Assembly (NCBI GenBank): GCA_945890895.1
Contig: CAMDDG010000002.1
Coordinates: 40,048 to 104,047 of the forward strand
Direction of reading: 5' to 3'
Origin: Chitinophaga pinensis
Lineage (GTDB): Bacteria; Bacteroidota; Bacteroidia; NS11-12g; UBA955
DNA: 64,000 nucleotides
Position 1 is the first letter of the stretch; each line of letters opens with the position of its first letter. The notes beneath the pieces were generated by a model, which saw nothing but the letters and a program-made list of their open reading frames with translations, was not told where the DNA came from and made no database searches. Position numbers and translations under genes: made by a program. This document shows positions 61,010 to 64,000 of this stretch, in pieces.

Positions 61010-62011
61010 ATGCAATCCGATTCCATTATATTAGGCATTGAAAGCAGTTGCGATGATACATCAGCCGCTGTTCTTATTAACGGCAAAGTGTGTTCCAACA
61101 TTACCGCTAATCAAGACGTTCATCGAAAATTTGGTGGAGTTGTTCCAGAATTGGCATCTAGAGCCCACCAAAGTAATATCATTCCGGTTATTGATCAAGC
61201 CATAAAAACCGCCGGTATTGAAAACCAACAAATTTCTGCCATTGCCGTTACCCAAGGTCCAGGACTGATGGGCTCTTTAATTGTTGGATTGAATACCGCT
61301 AAATCGCTTTCCTTGGGTTGGAACATTCCTCTCATTGGTGTCAATCATTTGCAAGCTCATGTGGCAGCCCTTTTCATCGATCACAAAGTAGAATTCCCCA
61401 TGCTCTGTCTTTTGGTTTCCGGGGGACACACGCAATTGATTTGGGCCGAATCATTTACTCACACAGAAATTATCGGCGAAACGATTGATGATGCCGTAGG
61501 CGAAGCCTTCGACAAAGCTTCTAAACTCATGGGATTGGGTTATCCAGGTGGACCAATCATATCTAAGTTAGCTTCAACTGGAAATGCAAAGCGATTTCAA
61601 TTCAACGATTCTCAAGTTGGACCCTATGATTTTAGTTTTTCAGGTGTTAAAACTTCATTATTGTATTTTTTGAGGGATGAAAAAGCTAAGAACTCTGAAT
61701 TTATTGAGCAAAACCTGAATGATATTTGTGCTTCATACGAAATTTCATTAATTCAAATGTTGACAAAGCGATTTAATAACGCAATTAAAGATAAGAAACC
61801 CAAGAGTATTTCTATTGCTGGTGGAGTTTCTGCCAATTCAGCGTTGCGAAGTGCAGTGATGGAATTATCTGCTAAGTATAACTTACCCGCTTACATTCCC
61901 GATTTTCAATATTGCACCGATAATGCTGCCATGATTGCTAAAGCCGGACAATTTCTGTTGGAAGCCGAAAAATTCATATCCTACGATGCCTTGCCTTATT
62001 CTCGAAGTTAA
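61010..62011 (+). CDS. tsaD: tRNA N6-adenosine threonylcarbamoyltransferase
   Basis: ILGIESSCDDTSAAV, GVNHLQAH, LLVSGGHTQL and IAGGVSAN motifs. ATG at 61010 is preferred over the TTG at 60995. Confidence 0.95.
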   Translation: MQSDSIILGIESSCDDTSAAVLINGKVCSNITANQDVHRKFGGVVPELASRAHQSNIIPVIDQAIKTAGIENQQISAIAVTQGPGLMGSLIVGLNTAKSLSLGWNIPLIGVNHLQAHVAALFIDHKVEFPMLCLLVSGGHTQLIWAESFTHTEIIGETIDDAVGEAFDKASKLMGLGYPGGPIISKLASTGNAKRFQFNDSQVGPYDFSFSGVKTSLLYFLRDEKAKNSEFIEQNLNDICASYEISLIQMLTKRFNNAIKDKKPKSISIAGGVSANSALRSAVMELSAKYNLPAYIPDFQYCTDNAAMIAKAGQFLLEAEKFISYDALPYSRS

Positions 62012-62032
62012 ATATAATTGCGCTCATATATA

Positions 62033-62317
62033 CAATCTGAAATTTGAGTACAACTGACTATTGATATAACGATCCATTTAGAACATATAACCTGAAAACA
62101 CACTTGAATATCGCTGAAATCAATAAAGCCAACTTAATTGAATACAACCTGAAAATACTCACGAATACTGCTGAAAACAATAAAGCCCACTTAATTGAAC
62201 ACTATCTGAAAATACTCGCGAATATTGCTAAAAATTGATATACAGCCTATTAAGCAAACACAACCTGAAAATATTTCTTGCTAAGAATAATAGTGTCGCC
62301 AAAAACAACCTGAATAG
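62033..62317. repeat. Degenerate tandem array of about 56-59 bp units (about 5.5 copies) filling the tsaD-meaB spacer
   Basis: Units start at 62033, 62089, 62146, 62203, 62262 and 62307 (the last is truncated). Units 2 and 3 are AACCTGAAAA(C/T)AC(A/T)C..GAATA..GCTGAAA.CAATAAAGCC.ACTTAATTGAA.AC and are about 80% identical. Confidence 0.75.
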
Positions 62318-62372
62318 AAAAATTAAACTATAAGTTCCGAAACCATTCAAATCCTACAAAATCCGTCCAAAT

Positions 62373-63263
62373 ATGTTACAACCTCAAATTGAAGAAATTA
62401 AAAAAGGAAATGAACGACACATTGCTCGAGCAATCAGCTGGGTGGAAAACAAATCGGATGGCTATTTAGACTTACTAAAAAAACTGAATGGACATACTAA
62501 AGTAATTGGAATTACAGGCCCTCCTGGCGCAGGGAAAAGTACACTCGTAAATTCTTTGGTTCAACATTGGTCCAATCAAGGACAAAGAATTGCGATATTG
62601 GCGGTAGATCCTTCAAGTGTATTCAATTTTGGGTCGTTATTAGGGGACCGATTAAGAATGCAAAGCCTCTTTTTATTGCCCAATGTTTATATTCGCTCCA
62701 TTTCATCTCGCGGATCATTGGGAGGTTTATCAGCTGCAATTATTGAAATCGTGGAAGTTCTAAAACACGCTTCTTTCGATCGAATTATTATTGAAACCGT
62801 TGGTGTAGGACAAAGTGAGGTAGAAATAGCAGGTGTTGCAGATACTACGGTTGTTGTTTCGGTACCAGAAAGTGGAGATGAAATTCAAACTTTAAAAAGC
62901 GGTGTCATGGAAATTGCCGATGTTTTTGTGGTTAATAAATCCGATCGAGAGGGTGCCTTAGCATTCGTTTCATACTTGAAAAAATTAGCCCATTCTCGAG
63001 CAACTTCAAATTGGGAAGTTCCAGTAATTGCAACTCAAGCCTTGAGTGGAGTTGGAATTAAGGATTTATCAATCGCAATTGATCAACATGCATCATTTAA
63101 CACATCCCCAGAAAGAAAACTGATGCTGTTAGCTGAAAAAGCTCATCTTTTAATTCAACAAAAGCGAATGGCTAACCTCTCTGTGAATGCCATAAAAGAA
63201 CGATTAACGATAGAGTCACAATTACCCGATTTCAATTTATTTAATTGGATTGAACAATTTTGA
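62373..63263 (+). CDS. meaB: Methylmalonyl-CoA-mutase-associated G3E GTPase MeaB/ArgK
   Basis: GITGPPGAGKSTL, AVDPSS, ETVGVGQSE and VVNKSD motifs. Confidence 0.9.
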   Translation: MLQPQIEEIKKGNERHIARAISWVENKSDGYLDLLKKLNGHTKVIGITGPPGAGKSTLVNSLVQHWSNQGQRIAILAVDPSSVFNFGSLLGDRLRMQSLFLLPNVYIRSISSRGSLGGLSAAIIEIVEVLKHASFDRIIIETVGVGQSEVEIAGVADTTVVVSVPESGDEIQTLKSGVMEIADVFVVNKSDREGALAFVSYLKKLAHSRATSNWEVPVIATQALSGVGIKDLSIAIDQHASFNTSPERKLMLLAEKAHLLIQQKRMANLSVNAIKERLTIESQLPDFNLFNWIEQF

Positions 63264-63380
63264 TCTGAATGTAATTAATAGGTGCTTGATGTTAATCCAA
63301 ATTTACCGTTTGAATTGTTTAAATGTGTTGATTTAGGGATTCTTTCACGAGAACCCATGCGGCTTAAACTCAGAACAAAA

Positions 63381-63507
63381 TCAGGGTTGTACTATTACCA
63401 TCAAAGTTGTACTATTAACATCCTTGGTGATGCGGATGTTGCAAATTCAGCGGTTGAACTAAAAACATCAAGGTTGTACCACCAAAATCAGGGTTGTACT
63501 ATTACCA
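63381..63507. repeat. Five tandem copies of a unit of about 20 bp that duplicates the 3' end (last codons plus TGA) of the adjacent T9SS cargo gene
   Basis: TCAGGGTTGTACTATTACCA (63381 and 63488), TCAAAGTTGTACTATTAACA (63401), TCAGCGGTTGAACTAAAAACA (63447), TCAAGGTTGTACCACCAAAA (63468). The 24-mer AAAATCAGGGTTGTACTATTACCA is identical at 63377 and 63484. Confidence 0.7.
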
Positions 63508-64000
63508 ACTTGGTCAAGGAACCCGGAGTTTTCAAAAAGTACACTCCACTTTGAACAGACTCGATGGAAAGCGTTTTTTGATTTTGGGATATTACACCTT
63601 TTCGAATTTCATTTCCTGCTGTCCCCAATAATACCCATTCAGAACCGTATTCTTCAGGAATCCATTCCACTTGAAATGTTCCTGTATTGGGATTGGGGAA
63701 TACGGAAAGGGCTATGGGTGAGAGTTTATTCACTCCTACTTTTGCATCGATTATATTCACCGCACAATTTTCAGATCTTCCCATCCACTCGGAATCGAAA
63801 TCTACGAGTGCTATGTTATCAATTACTGTTGATACACCCAATTTTTGATATAAGTCAATTTGATATTGAACCCATCCACTTGCCTGAGATGGATTTGATT
63901 CATAGGTTTTTAAATTCGCTGGGTTGAAATTCACCACCAGAATTCGTCCTTGTTGGATAGAGTATGAAGCTTTATTTGGATAGAATGATTTCAATAACAC
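63488..64000 (-). CDS. C-terminal part of a T9SS type A sorting-domain protein (5' end outside the window)
   Basis: The ORF is open to the window edge. The C-terminal tail VFPNPNTGTFQVEW...GVYFLKTPGSLTKLVIVQP* fits the type A CTD pattern. Confidence 0.8.
   Translation of the reverse strand: MLLKSFYPNKASYSIQQGRILVVNFNPANLKTYESNPSQASGWVQYQIDLYQKLGVSTVIDNIALVDFDSEWMGRSENCAVNIIDAKVGVNKLSPIALSVFPNPNTGTFQVEWIPEEYGSEWVLLGTAGNEIRKGVISQNQKTLSIESVQSGVYFLKTPGSLTKLVIVQP

Noticed and set aside
62033-62317. The 57-bp repeat array was considered as a possible CRISPR array.
   Set aside because: The units are contiguous with no unique spacers and are too long and too degenerate. No cas genes or leader-like region are present.
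63282-63554. A 90-aa plus-strand ORF lies between meaB and the T9SS cargo gene.
   Set aside because: It starts at GTG, is made largely of the 20-bp tandem repeat units, overlaps the 3' end of the convergent T9SS gene, and has no domain signature.

Overview
This is a 64-kb chromosomal segment from an AT-rich genome (roughly 35-40% GC by eye). I assign it to Bacteroidota, probably Flavobacteriia-like. The evidence is type A and type B T9SS C-terminal sorting domains, a SusC/SusD pair, a PorP/SprF gene, a GldK/GldJ-like SUMF1 protein, ftsX-DUF3098-uppP synteny, and TAnnTTTG -7 promoter boxes. I support about 46 CDS. Most are housekeeping genes: dcd, lepA, dprA, yidC, atpDC, lysA, secDF, purL, ftsX, uppP, tsaD, meaB, tamB, an lptD-like gene and PolX. 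The rest are cell-surface genes: four T9SS cargo proteins, a PorP/SprF homologue, a SusCD locus without CAZymes, a TonB-dependent receptor and an MlaD-family protein. I found no rRNA, tRNA, CRISPR array, transposase, integrase, prophage or recognisable defence system. Several signals are not explained by ordinary annotation. (1) The exact 12-13-mer TTTTCGGGGGATG occurs seven times, on both strands, in three reading frames and in two intergenic regions. (2) TAnnTTTG boxes sit only 3-10 nt upstream of at least ten start codons, which suggests leaderless or near-leaderless mRNAs. (3) A degenerate tandem array of about 57 bp fills the tsaD-meaB spacer. (4) The last 20 nt of a T9SS cargo gene, stop codon included, are repeated in tandem downstream of it. 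(5) A PorP/SprF protein carries a poly-acidic linker and a SPOR-like C-terminal domain, next to a type B cargo gene. (6) An ECF sigma factor is tightly coupled to a lycopene-cyclase-domain membrane protein, with no canonical anti-sigma factor. (7) The PolX homologue has a degenerate polymerase catalytic triad. All family assignments come from motif recognition by eye. No database search was run.
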